A stretch of DNA of 64,000 bases from Candidatus Melainabacteria bacterium (GTDB taxonomy: Bacteria > Cyanobacteriota > Vampirovibrionia > 2-02-FULL-35-15), in assembly GCA_023250155.1 (NCBI GenBank), contig JAHFBG010000009.1, forward strand, positions 18,826 to 82,825, written 5' to 3'. Under the pieces are notes generated by a model. That model worked only from the letters and a program-made list of their open reading frames with translations. It was not told the DNA's origin and did no database searches. The position numbers were made by a program, and so were the translations under genes. Shown in pieces: positions 11,101 through 22,000 of this stretch; position 1 is the stretch's first letter, and each line of letters begins with the position of its first letter.

Positions 11101-11221
11101 TTTCAACATCAGGATACTCACGTATAGGAAGTGCTCTATATGCCACAATACCAGCTATTAAGATTAGAATATTTAATACTAATGCTAGTACTGGTCTTTT
11201 TATAGATATATCTGAGATCAT
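8165..11221 (-). CDS. RND efflux transporter permease (AcrB/AcrD/AcrF family)
   Basis: 1018 aa with LPIREYPDV, GLVVDDAIVVLENI, GLVTKNAILIVE and RFRPILMT motifs. Confidence 0.95.
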   Translation of the reverse strand: MISDISIKRPVLALVLNILILIAGIVAYRALPIREYPDVETPIVSITTNYTGASSETIESTVTQPLEEVLNGIDGIKSISSISSTGISTINIEFVPSRDIDLAATDVNNVVQSALGKIPQSADKPIIAKTPANSQALMWIVLQGDTYKPEKLSDIADRIVKTPLQVLPGVGSVIIGGQRKYAMRIWLDPEKMAAHGVDASDVRNTVLMSNLLLPAGKIEGETRKFNIYANAQIADPNVFSNLVIRNQNGTLIRIKDIGGVELGSANYDTIIRYRGKPAVGVGVIKQSKANELKVADEVREMLPKIREALPKDISFQVAVDNSKFVKESLKEVTNTMLIAVLLVIMVTFIFLRAISPTIIIALAIPPSIIGHFAGLQILGYSINVLTLLALVLAIGLVVDDAIVVLENIFRHQEHGENKLDAALIGSREIVFPVVATTISLIAIFIPLSLFVGYTGRLFKEFAVSIAISVAISGFVALTLTPVLCSKYLQYTSKHGVIYSSLETFFSMLNNAYEKSLKWVLSHSSVIVSFLFVVLIGIVGLFIIIPKTSIPVEDRGLFVTIIKSPQGSTLAYTNHTQQKVEKEISKIPEVEGYFSAIGLAVGGPPNTSNGLVFSRLKHWYERKVKQQSIVQKLFPKLIGLPGSLVFVLNPPSLGQSAISKDVQFIIKGSSNDLEELAKISNSILEKVRQIPGLINVDSDLLISTPQIDIVFDRDRASDLGVPISDILNSLQTLFSEGRVNDFVLHNKQYDVITALLPKYRSIPEQISHIYIHGRNGSMIPLSSFIKVVTKTAPAQVNHYNLQRSVTISASLAPHFPLGKALDEINKIAKEELLPGYTTALAGASREFSETSTEIYFTFAIAILFIYFVLAALFESFIYPLTILISVPLAVFGSLATLLISGNTLNLYSAIGIILLVGLVTKNAILIVEYTNQAKAKGLTLLDAVTDACKTRFRPILMTSTTMILGALPLVFASGAGAESRHPMGLAIVGGLVFSTIFTLVVIPVVYVLISRLWSRPQST
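8169..8196. repeat. Perfect 28-bp GTAG-type REP-like palindrome within the last codons of the RND gene
   Basis: GTAGATTGTGGTCG|CGACCACAATCTAC is its own reverse complement. Confidence 0.8.
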
Positions 11222-11231
11222 CTTCTATATC

Positions 11232-13265
11232 TCATTCCTGGGTTTGTTTTTCTAACATAGGATTGTGAATATCATTAAATGGTTTTGGAATTACTTGACT
11301 GCCAGGACGAACTTTTTGATGACCTGCTGTAATAATTACATCATTAATCATAAGACCATCTGAAATTAAAACAAGATCCTTATCCCATCTGCTTACTGTA
11401 ACATCCTTAAAGATTGCTTTATTATCCTCTGTAACCACTACTACTTGTTTTTTATTTCCATCTTGAATTAAGGCTTCTTCAGGAATGGAGATGGCATTTT
11501 TAATATTTGAAACTTGAAGTGCTATATTGGCAAATTGTCCTGGTAATAATTCTCTTTTTGAATTTTGAATAGTTGCTTTTATTTGTACAGAACGAGTAGA
11601 TGGATCAATATAAGGATCAATTACAGAAACCTTACCTGAATATTCTTTTGTAGAGTTGCTAATTTTAAACTTTATGTTTTGACCAATCTTTGCATCTGAT
11701 ACATATTGTTCAGGAAGATTAAAAATAAGATAGAGTGGATCTAACTGGCTAATTCTAACTATAGAATCACCTGGATCAATATACTGTCCCAAGCTTATTT
11801 TCCTTATACTAAGACTTCCACTAAAAGGTGCAGTTATATCTGTCATTGAATAAACAGAACTTACACGATTAAACTCACCTTCAGCTACATGTAAAGTTTC
11901 ACTTGAATTATCTAAAGACTGCTGGGATACTGCGCCTTCATCTTTAAGAGATTTTATTCTATTAAAATTGGTTTTAGCATTTTCTAACTTTGCTTTTGCC
12001 ACCTCAATTTCAGCCTGGTTTGTTGTATTGTTTACTTTTGCTAGTACATGTCCACTTTTAACAGACTGTCCTTCTGGTATATCAAGGAAAATAATTTTAC
12101 CTGCCACCTCAGAAGTTAATTCTGTAGTTTGTGGGCTTTCAAGCGTACCCGTAGCTTTCAGTTCTCTTGCTAAAGTATTTTCTGTAATTTTTATTACCTC
12201 AACTTCAACAGGAAAATTCATATTGTGCCTATTAGCCATGTTTTGAGATGAACACCCACAAAGAATTAAAGCTATAAACAATATTGAAAAAGTAGGATCT
12301 TTTAGCGGAATTTTTAACCATATTCTTAAAAACTCACGGAGTTGTCCAAATACTCTTACCAGCCTAAACTCAGACCAATAGTATATTTTTTTATTTATCA
12401 GACTAATTCCTAAAACAAACATAACTATATAAAAAGGTACATGTAAAAATAATCTCATTAAAAACCTAATCAAATCAAGCAGTGGATACTTCCGGCCACC
12501 TTTTCTAACAGTCGATATCCCATTTCTATAGTGCCAGCTTTTTATAAATTCTTTACTCATACGATAAATTGAAACAGGATGATAAACAATTGCTTTTGGA
12601 TAATAAAATATTTCTTCCTTATTTCTTAACAACCTTGAACAAAACTCAGTATCCTCACAAGGTATACCGCCATATCCTACTCTTCCAAGATCTTCTCTAA
12701 AACCTCCATATTTTTTAAACAGTTCTTTATGAAACCACATGTTTGCACCAATTGGATTAGCTTCATCTTTTGTAATAGGATAAAGCCTTGATGTATCGCC
12801 ATTGTCATGAGCTGGAAAGATTTTTTGATTGAGTGCAAAAAAACCATTTAAGTTTATATATGCTGGCTTATCCTTTTCCCACATGGGTATGACTTTCCCA
12901 CCAAAAGCTTTGTATTGATACTGGGTTAAGGAAGTTAGTATTTCAGCTAACCAGATTTCATGGAGAATTATGTCATCATCTATAAAAACAATGATATTAC
13001 CCTTTGCTAGTTCTAGCCCTTTATTCCTAGCTACTGCAAGTCCTTGTTTTGATTCAAAATGATAAGTCAAGAAACTAGCATTTTCTTTATGTTTTAAGAC
13101 AGTTTCTTTTGTAGCATCGTTTGAATTATTGTCTATTAATAGTATTTCAATATCACTTCTACTAGTATTCTTAACTTGTTTAATAAGTTCAATTAGTAAA
13201 GGCTCTAAAAGCTTTGCTCTATTATAAGTACAGAGTAGAATAGTTAGGTATTGAGCGTCTTCCAT
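11232..13265 (-). CDS. Fusion of a family-2 glycosyltransferase and an RND periplasmic adaptor (membrane fusion protein)
   Basis: N-terminal GT2: LCTYNR, IDNNSND, GLAVARNKG, FIDDD, GANM, EDTEF. Then hydrophobic segments and ILCGC. C-terminal MFP: SEVAGKI, ITAPFSG, IDPSTRS, LLPGQF, IPEEAL. Confidence 0.85.
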   Translation of the reverse strand: MEDAQYLTILLCTYNRAKLLEPLLIELIKQVKNTSRSDIEILLIDNNSNDATKETVLKHKENASFLTYHFESKQGLAVARNKGLELAKGNIIVFIDDDIILHEIWLAEILTSLTQYQYKAFGGKVIPMWEKDKPAYINLNGFFALNQKIFPAHDNGDTSRLYPITKDEANPIGANMWFHKELFKKYGGFREDLGRVGYGGIPCEDTEFCSRLLRNKEEIFYYPKAIVYHPVSIYRMSKEFIKSWHYRNGISTVRKGGRKYPLLDLIRFLMRLFLHVPFYIVMFVLGISLINKKIYYWSEFRLVRVFGQLREFLRIWLKIPLKDPTFSILFIALILCGCSSQNMANRHNMNFPVEVEVIKITENTLARELKATGTLESPQTTELTSEVAGKIIFLDIPEGQSVKSGHVLAKVNNTTNQAEIEVAKAKLENAKTNFNRIKSLKDEGAVSQQSLDNSSETLHVAEGEFNRVSSVYSMTDITAPFSGSLSIRKISLGQYIDPGDSIVRISQLDPLYLIFNLPEQYVSDAKIGQNIKFKISNSTKEYSGKVSVIDPYIDPSTRSVQIKATIQNSKRELLPGQFANIALQVSNIKNAISIPEEALIQDGNKKQVVVVTEDNKAIFKDVTVSRWDKDLVLISDGLMINDVIITAGHQKVRPGSQVIPKPFNDIHNPMLEKQTQE

Positions 13266-15869
13266 ATGAATAATTCTACATTAATTGAGAAAGTTGAAAA
13301 AGTAACCGACAAACTAGAGTTATGGCCTCATAACTTAGATCAGTTTACACCATTAATGAAGCAATATCTTGAGACTAAATATAAATATGACTTAGAAGTT
13401 TTATTGTTTTTTAGAGTTGGGGATTTTTATGAGTCATTTTTTGAAGATGCAAAGATAATTGCAAAAGAATTAGAAATAACTCTAACAAGCAGGGCAGAAA
13501 CCAGTTATTCAGGTGGAAGAATTCCAATGGCTGGTGTACCTGCAAAAGCAGTCACTAATTATGTATCAAGACTATTAGATAAAGGATTTAAAGTAGCAAT
13601 CTGTGAACAAATGGAAGATCCAGCTTTAGCCAAAGGCATTGTTAAAAGGCAAGTCACAAAGCTTTTAACACCAGGTACAGTTTTAGAAACTGAATGGTTA
13701 CCACAAACAAAAAACAATTACCTTGTCTCTATATTTAGAGATAAAAAGAAAGAAAAATATGGCTTTGCCTATACTGATGTATCTTGTGGTGAGTTTTATT
13801 TTACTGAGCTAACTTACGATGAACTCATCTCAGAAATAAACAGAATCAACCCATCTGAAATAATTGTGCCAAGCACTTATAAAAAGAATGATAAACAAGT
13901 TGTTAAAGAAAAAACTCTTGATATTGATGAAACCATTAAGAACACCTGGTTTTGCAGTGGTTTAGAATTTGATTTTTTTAATTTTGATTTTGCATCTAAA
14001 AGAATTAAAGATGAGTTAGGAATTCACACACTTGATAGCTTAGGAAATGACTTAGAACTAGGTCTAATTGCTTCTGGAGCAATATTAGCCTACACAGACA
14101 AAACACAATTAAGTGAAAAACCTTCATTTCAAATGATTAGACCTTATAATGTTGCTTCTTTTTTATCCCTTGATAAAACCACAAGAAAAAATCTTGAACT
14201 TACTGAAACCATGAAGGATAAATCCTATGATGGTTCATTACTGTGGGCTATTGATTATACAAATACTCAGATGGGAAAACGCAGACTGAGAAGCTGGCTT
14301 GAGCAACCTCTCTTAGAAATTAGTTCAATAAAAAACCGTCAGGAGTGTATAGAAGAATTAATTAAAAATAAAGATACTTTTGATTCCTTAGCCAATTCAC
14401 TAGATAAAATCTTTGATCTTGAGAGAATCACCTCACGCTTAAGTGCCAGTGCTATTAATGCACGTGAGTTAATAGCGTTAAAAGATTCACTACAAGAGAT
14501 ACCTTCTTTAGCACTTTTACTTAAAGGTTTTCAATCTTCCTCTTTTCAAGACATAATTAACTACCCAAAAGAAATAATTGCTGTAGTTGAACTTATTGAA
14601 AATGCCATTTTTCCTAATCCCCCGATTTTGTTAACTGATGGAAATTTAATTAATTCAAATTTTAATACTGACGTTAAACAGCTAAGGGAAATTATTGAAA
14701 ATGGAGATAGCTGGCTAAGTACATTTGAAACGATTGAAAGAGAAAGAACAAAAATTAGAAACTTAAAAGTAGGCTTTAATAGAGCATTTGGTTACTTTAT
14801 AGAAATCAGTAAGGGAAATCTTTCTTTAGCTCCATCTGACTATATTTGCAAACAAACACTTGTAAATGCTTCACGTTTTATCACCCCTGAATTAAAAGAC
14901 TTTGAGCACAAGGCACTTCACGCTGAACAAAAAATAAAATCCTTAGAGTATGAAATATTTTGTAGGATAAGAGAACAAGCAAAACAATATAGCTCAATCA
15001 TTAGAGAGTTAGCTTTTAACATTTCTAATCTTGATGCTCTGTTTTCCTTGGCAAAAGCTGCAGTAGTAAACAATTATAAAAAACCTATAATAGACAATTC
15101 CTCTGTAATAGATATAAAAGCATCCAGACATCCTGTAGTAGAAAAGAAGGTTGGTTTTAATGATTTTGTTTCTAATGACTGCTGTCTCAATGGTGGCACT
15201 GGTTCTACAGAACAACAATTAATTATTCTTACAGGTCCTAATATGGCTGGTAAAAGTACTTATATGAGACAAATTTCCCTAATCGTAATTTTAGCTCAAA
15301 TAGGCTCTTTTGTTCCATGTGATTATGCACATATTGGTGTAGTAGATCAGGTTTTTACAAGAGTGGGTGCATCTGATGATATTTCAGTTGGTCAATCTAC
15401 ATTTATGGTAGAGATGGTAGAAACAAGTGCCATTTTAAACAAAATGACTGAAAAAAGTTTGGTTCTACTTGATGAAGTAGGGCGTGGTACAAGCACTTAT
15501 GACGGTGTAGCAATTGCCTGGGCATTAGGTGAGTATTTAGTAAGCAATAAAAAACCAAGAACTATCTTTGCTACTCACTTTCATGAGTTAAATGGTTTAG
15601 CTGATTTTTACAAATCAATATCTAACTATCAGGTAACTGTAAAAGAAGAAAGTGGACATGTCATTTTTCTTAGAAAAGTTATCCCAGGTGGTGCTGATAA
15701 AAGCTATGGAATAGAAGTAGCAAGAATGGCAGGTCTACCAAAAGAACTTTTAAATAGAGCAAATACTATTATGAATACAATGTACACTAAATCAAAAAAC
15801 ACTATAAAAAAAGAAACTATCAAATCCCAAATTGAATCAGGACAATTGAGCTTGTTTAAGAATTTATAA
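13266..15869 (+). CDS. mutS: DNA mismatch repair protein MutS
   Basis: TPLMKQY, FFRVGDFYE, PMAGVP, TGPNMAGKSTYMRQ, STFMVEM, DEVGRGTST, FATHFHEL, SYGIEVA. Start set at ATG 13266; the track uses TTG 13251. Confidence 0.96.
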   Translation: MNNSTLIEKVEKVTDKLELWPHNLDQFTPLMKQYLETKYKYDLEVLLFFRVGDFYESFFEDAKIIAKELEITLTSRAETSYSGGRIPMAGVPAKAVTNYVSRLLDKGFKVAICEQMEDPALAKGIVKRQVTKLLTPGTVLETEWLPQTKNNYLVSIFRDKKKEKYGFAYTDVSCGEFYFTELTYDELISEINRINPSEIIVPSTYKKNDKQVVKEKTLDIDETIKNTWFCSGLEFDFFNFDFASKRIKDELGIHTLDSLGNDLELGLIASGAILAYTDKTQLSEKPSFQMIRPYNVASFLSLDKTTRKNLELTETMKDKSYDGSLLWAIDYTNTQMGKRRLRSWLEQPLLEISSIKNRQECIEELIKNKDTFDSLANSLDKIFDLERITSRLSASAINARELIALKDSLQEIPSLALLLKGFQSSSFQDIINYPKEIIAVVELIENAIFPNPPILLTDGNLINSNFNTDVKQLREIIENGDSWLSTFETIERERTKIRNLKVGFNRAFGYFIEISKGNLSLAPSDYICKQTLVNASRFITPELKDFEHKALHAEQKIKSLEYEIFCRIREQAKQYSSIIRELAFNISNLDALFSLAKAAVVNNYKKPIIDNSSVIDIKASRHPVVEKKVGFNDFVSNDCCLNGGTGSTEQQLIILTGPNMAGKSTYMRQISLIVILAQIGSFVPCDYAHIGVVDQVFTRVGASDDISVGQSTFMVEMVETSAILNKMTEKSLVLLDEVGRGTSTYDGVAIAWALGEYLVSNKKPRTIFATHFHELNGLADFYKSISNYQVTVKEESGHVIFLRKVIPGGADKSYGIEVARMAGLPKELLNRANTIMNTMYTKSKNTIKKETIKSQIESGQLSLFKNL

Positions 15870-16053
15870 GATACGCTCAGTCCTTACTAAAAAATCTTTT
15901 TTAATCTCATACATTTATACTACAAATTTTCAACAAACCTTAAATCAGCTTTAACTTTTATAGGACTATCCCTACTCAATAACATGGTTCATTTAATCAG
16001 TGATTATAGCTTTTTAGAGAGGGAATATCACTAAGTAGCAACCCTATTTTGAG

Positions 16054-19000
16054 GTGAATTTGTTTTATACAAACAAAAATACTCCTGTAATGCCTAACAG
16101 AATGTTAATTCTTGGAGCAGTTGTTTCTTTTTATAATACTGGGCCAAAACTATTTTCATTTAAAAATATCTTTAAAACAATTATTTGTTTGCTTTGTGTA
16201 TTTTTAACTACTCTTCCTACCCTTGCTTTAGGTTTACAAAAAACTCCTGAAGAGATAATGAGAGCTGAGCTTTTATATGATGCCAGAAACAATGTAAATA
16301 AAATGTTTTTTGAAAGGCAAAGGGATTTAAGAAAAGATAAAAGTTTAATAAGTCAACTAGAAACTGTACCAAGCATTCCTGAGTCACCTGTAGAAAAGGC
16401 ATCAGTAAATCCACCAGATACTACAGCATCTGATCCAGTTGCAGATACTACAAACTGTGAAATAGTTCAAGAAGGATTACTTCTTGATTTAAGTGCCCCT
16501 ACAACACCAAACACAGAACAAGCACAAGCTCAAGGACTAAACTCAAACAATTTTACACTTGAACTATGGATAAATCCTAGTGCTGAAACAGCAGAAGCAG
16601 AAGCACAAGCCCAAAATTCTATAGTAAATGTTTTAAGTATAGGTAATAGCAATAATGTGGTTCTTAAAAATATAACCTCACATGATGCAGCTACTAACAC
16701 AAATACAAATGATTTTCACCTGACTTATACAAGCAAATCTAATACAAATGAAGGGTTAAATATAAAAACACCATTAGAGCAAAAAGATGAGTGGTCACAT
16801 TTTGTACTTATAAAAAATGAAAACACTATCATCCATTATTTAGATGGTAGTGAAGTAGCAAGAGGAATAGTTCAAGATAAAGAAATAAATTATGGTAATA
16901 ACGAAGTAGCAAATTTATATATTTCAGGATGGAGGCAGCTTGATCCTACACAAGCCAATCAAGTATTTAAAGGCTCTATTAACAAAGTTAGAATTTACAA
17001 TAGAGCATTAGAACTAAATGAAATTCAACAAAACTTTAAGGCTGAATATAACTCTTATTATGATGAGCCTATATATTGTGAATCATCACAAAATACTTCT
17101 AGTGAGCCTACTGAAACACAACCAGCAGAACCAGCAGTAGCACCAGTTCAAGATCTCACAAAAGATTCAGATAATGATGGAGTGTTAGACTCAGACGATC
17201 CAGATGATGACAATGATGGAACACTTGATGAGAAGGACAATTGTCCACTATTAGCAAGTTATGAACAAACTGATACTGATGGCGACAGCATAGGTAATCC
17301 CTGTGATCCTGATGATGACAATGATGGTGTAGATGATGGCAATGATCGCTGTCCACTTGTAAAGAATGAAGATCAAACTGATACTGACAACGATGGACAA
17401 GGTGACTTTTGTGACCCAGATGATGACAATGATGGAATACTTGATGAGAAGGACAATTGTCCACTATTAGCAAGTTATGAGCAAACTGATACTGATGGGG
17501 ACAGCATAGGTGATCCCTGTGATCCTGATGATGACAATGATGGTGTAGATGATGGCAATGATCGCTGTCCACTTGTAAAGAATGAAGATCAAACTGATAC
17601 TGACAACGATGGACAAGGTGACTTTTGTGACCCAGATGATGACAATGATGGAATACTTGATGAGAAGGACAATTGTCCACTATTAGCAAGTTATGAACAG
17701 ACTGATACTGATGGGGATGGACAAGGTAATGCTTGTGATCCATGTCCTGATGATCCTAATCCTTCTTGTGGAGTTACCACAACACAGCCAACTACTCCAC
17801 CAGCACAAGTACCATCGGTACCAGCAGCACCAACAGCTCCAACTACTTCGCCAGCACAAATACCAACAGTTCTACCACCAAGTACTAGTTGTGGTGATGG
17901 AACTATACAATCTACATTAGGTGAAGAATGTGATGATGGTAATACTAACAGTAATGATTACTGTGATTCTAAGTGCAAAAAAGAAATCTGTGGTGATAAA
18001 GTCATTCAAGATGGCATAGGTGAAAATTGTGATGATGGTAATACTGTAAGCAATGATGGTTGTAACTCAGGTTGTCGAAAAGAATATTGCGGTGATGGAA
18101 CTATACAATCTACATTAGGTGAAGAATGTGATGATGGTAATACTAACAGTAATGATTACTGTGATTCTAAGTGCAAAAAAGAAATCTGTGGTGATAAAGT
18201 CATTCAAGATGGCATAGGTGAAAATTGTGATGATGGTAATACTGTAAGCAATGATGGTTGTAACTCAGGTTGTCGAAAAGAATATTGCGGTGATGGAACT
18301 ATACAATCTACATTAGGTGAAGAATGTGATGATGGTAATACTAACAGTAATGATGGCTGTTCTGCTTCTTGTACTATTGAGTTAAGTGGTAGTGCAAATC
18401 CAACACAACCTACACAGCCATCTGCTCCACCAGCACAAGTTCCATCGACACCAGCAGCTCCATCTATACCACCAACCCCACCAGCACAAGCTCCATCGGC
18501 ACCAACACCAACTGAAACACCAGTAGTAATTCCACAAGCAGTACCATCTTCAACGCCTACTTCAATTCCACCACCAACTGAAACACCAGTAGCAATCCCA
18601 CAAGCAGTACCATCTTCTACGCCTACTTCAACAACAACACCAACTGAAACTCCTACAACAACTCCACCAGCACAAGTACCAGCAGCAATCCCACCAAGTG
18701 AAATACCTACAGTAGTTCCACCAGCTCAAGTACCTACAACAACTCCACTAGCTCAAATTCCTGCAGCACCTCCACCAACTGAAACACCAGTAGCAATCCC
18801 ACAAGCAGTACCATCTTCTACGCCTACTTCAACTCCACCACCTACTGAAACTCCTACAATAACTCCACTCGCTCAAGTTCCTGCAGCACCACCACCTACT
18901 GAAACACCAGTAGCAATCCCACAAGCAGTACCATCTTCTACGCCTACTTCAACTCCACCACCTACTGAAACTCCTACAATAACTCCACCAGCTCAAGTAC

Positions 19001-22000
19001 CTGCAGCAGCACCACCAGCTGAAACTCCTACAATAACTCCACTCGCTCAAGTTCCTGCAGCACCACCACCTACTGAAACACCAGTAGCAATCCCACAAGT
19101 CGGTGGAACAAGACCAACCATAAACCAAGGAGTAGTACCACCAGTAGTGAATCCGGGTGCAGGACCAGCAATACCGTCTTCTACACCTACACCTACTCCC
19201 ACACCAACTCCGACTCCTACTTGCAATCCTCCTTGTTCAGTGGGACAAGTCTGCACAAATGGTACTTGTACTAATAGTGTAGCCGTATGTGGAAATGGTA
19301 TTAAAGAAGGGGATGAAGAGTGTGATGATGGGGATAATCCTGATTTCAAATGTCTGAGTGACTGTACTGATAATGTTTGTGGTTTAGGAGGCATTCCTGT
19401 CTGCTATGAACTAACTGAATCAGAAAAGAAAGAACTAGACAAAGATGTTGAAGAAAAAGAGAAAGAAGAAGAAGAAAACACTAATGTAGATGAGATTTTA
19501 TTTGGTGATATTTATGATCAGTCTTGTGAAACAGATCCTCTTATACCAGATGAAGATGATAAGACTACTTGTAATCCTACTCAGGGAGGAAATGGAAATA
19601 ATCCTATTCTTGGTAGAAATAACCCTGCTCCAGCTGGAAATAATCCTGCTCCTGCTGGAATTGATCCTGTCGTTGGTGGAAACAACCCTGCTGCTTGTGC
19701 AGCGAACCTACAAGCAGGACCCATCAATCTACAAAACTTTCCACTTACAGCACGTGATTCATTAAACCCTTCTATACCCAGACTGGCACAAATAGTAAGA
19801 AGTGGACTTGAACGTTATCCTTTACCACCTCCTGATCCACGTGGATACTTCTTTAAAATAATAAATAATCTAGATATAGTAGCTATTGCAGAAGGTGGAC
19901 CTTTTACTGCACTTAGTAGAGTAGTTGCTTTAGATTTGGGTGAAACCGTAACACAGGTAGAAGGACTAGACCCGATAAATCAAAATACTTTCCCTCCAAA
20001 TGGGGGACTTGCAGGTCCAAGAACAGAATCTGGCAGATATTACTTCACGACTACTGATCTTGTAAATAAAAAACGATCATTGTTAACAGTAGATGAAATT
20101 TATACAGTAGCCTATGGAAGAGAGCTTCCTAAAGATCCTCCTCCACTATTACAACAACTTAGAACTGTTTTAGATAGACCATTAATTTTTAAACAAGGGA
20201 ATAACTGCATTCTTGAAGACAAGGTCAATAACACAACAGTACCACTTAACTGCAATGGTGATAATAGGATAATAACAAGAGCTTCAGCACAACCTTATGG
20301 CATCTTAGTAACAGATTATACAAAAGAAGAAAAAGTAATTGGAACTGCAAACGATTTCATTAAAGATATATTAGAGCAAAAAGATTTAAGCGGTAAACCC
20401 ATTTACACATGGAACAACATTTTATCAAGAACAAATTCAGCACCATTGGAATGTAATCTTGGAAAACTTGAAAAAAGTTTGGATGGGAAATATTTATTTT
20501 ATGATGGAAGAGACGATGAACTTATAGTAAGACCTTTAAGTTATATCTTCAGTGGCAGGCAAGCTGCAGAACTTCATAGAATATGGTATCTGCCAAAAGA
20601 AGAAAGCAGTGATAAAACTCCTGGTGATACTAGAATCTTTGTGCTAACTCCTGAAGAACCATATTATACATTTGTAAGTGGAGATTTGAAAACTCTTATA
20701 GTAAGAGATGGAAATTTTTCATTTGAAGCTAGTTTCCCTGATCCAAATGGCTTATACAATGCTTCTTCTGATGAAAAGAAATTTCAGGGAGATATAAATG
20801 AATTAAGAAATAATATTGACAATGAGAAAAGAAAAAGATTACTAACTTTATTTAGAAATAAATATGATTTACTAAATGCAAGAGTAGATTCTCTAAAGAA
20901 GGTTCAAAACAGTCTTACTGATTTTGAGCAAGTCGAATTAGAAATGCTTGAAAAAAGGAGAGATAGTCTTATTGCAGCAGTAGATGAAATTGCTCCTGAT
21001 ATGAAAGCATATATTGAGAGCCAAAGAGCAATACTTCAGCAACAACCACTTACAAGTGATATAGCAAATGAATTATGGGGGCTTGCAAAAATCGAAGCAG
21101 ATTTAATGTTTGATGAAGCAGAAAGACAAAGGCTTTTAGGAGTAGTAGTGAATGCTTTAGGTAATGAAGCATTGATGGTACTTCTAATTGAAAGGGGAGT
21201 AATAGAAGAGAAAATTTATTATGAAGAACATATTGAACAAATAGAAAAAGACGTAAAGAATTTAGAAACTGAGCTAAAAGATGCACCACAAAAACCAACA
21301 AAATCAGACTTAGCAAGACTTAGAAGATTAGCAAATCAATTTAAATCCCAGTTAGAAGCTTTAGAGAGGAGACTAAAACGATGGATACAAAGATTTTCTC
21401 AATATAGCTCAAGAATGATGCATTTAATAGACGGTGAGTTGATAGTAATAAATCAAAACCTGGATATATTAAATGATATATTGCATAACATAGAATTAAT
21501 AGACTCTCCTGATGTGAAATCCATTGCAGATATTTATAGAGCATGGGGAGTTCCAATAGGTGAGGTAAATGACCTTGCTGACCAGACTTTAGAAAGTTTT
21601 TCAGAAGAAGATATTCAAAAAGTAGATGCAAACTTAGCAGTACTTGAAAACTTAAACAGAGTCGAAAAAATAGGTTGGACAACTAAGGTTCAAGACGTTT
21701 TAGGTTCATCTTTTCTTAATATTAATAAAGTAACATTAGCTCGTCAACTTGCAACATTTGGTACACAATTCATTTTTAGTGATGACTTTGGCTTACTTAT
21801 TTCTACTAACTTTGCTGATGAGCTTGTAAAACCGCATAGAAGGGGGCTTAATCTTGCGATAGCACTAATTCAAGAAGATATCACAGAGATTAATAGTAGA
21901 CTGAGGGATGCTCTTATAAGAGCCAACAACAATGGTTCCAGGACTTATGGTATCTGGACAGATATTTTTACGGGGTTTCGCTTGGGCTCTCAAATAGAAG

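Noticed and set aside
15870-16090. Copy of the toxin B promoter motif upstream of toxin A
   Set aside because: Only a weak TAGGACTATCCCTA palindrome; the CTATATAG and CTTTTATACTAG elements are absent.
17156-17920. His/Cys-rich ORF 17156-17743 (-) and ORF 17693-17920 (+)
   Set aside because: Shadow frames of the Asp-rich TSP3 repeat region of toxin A.
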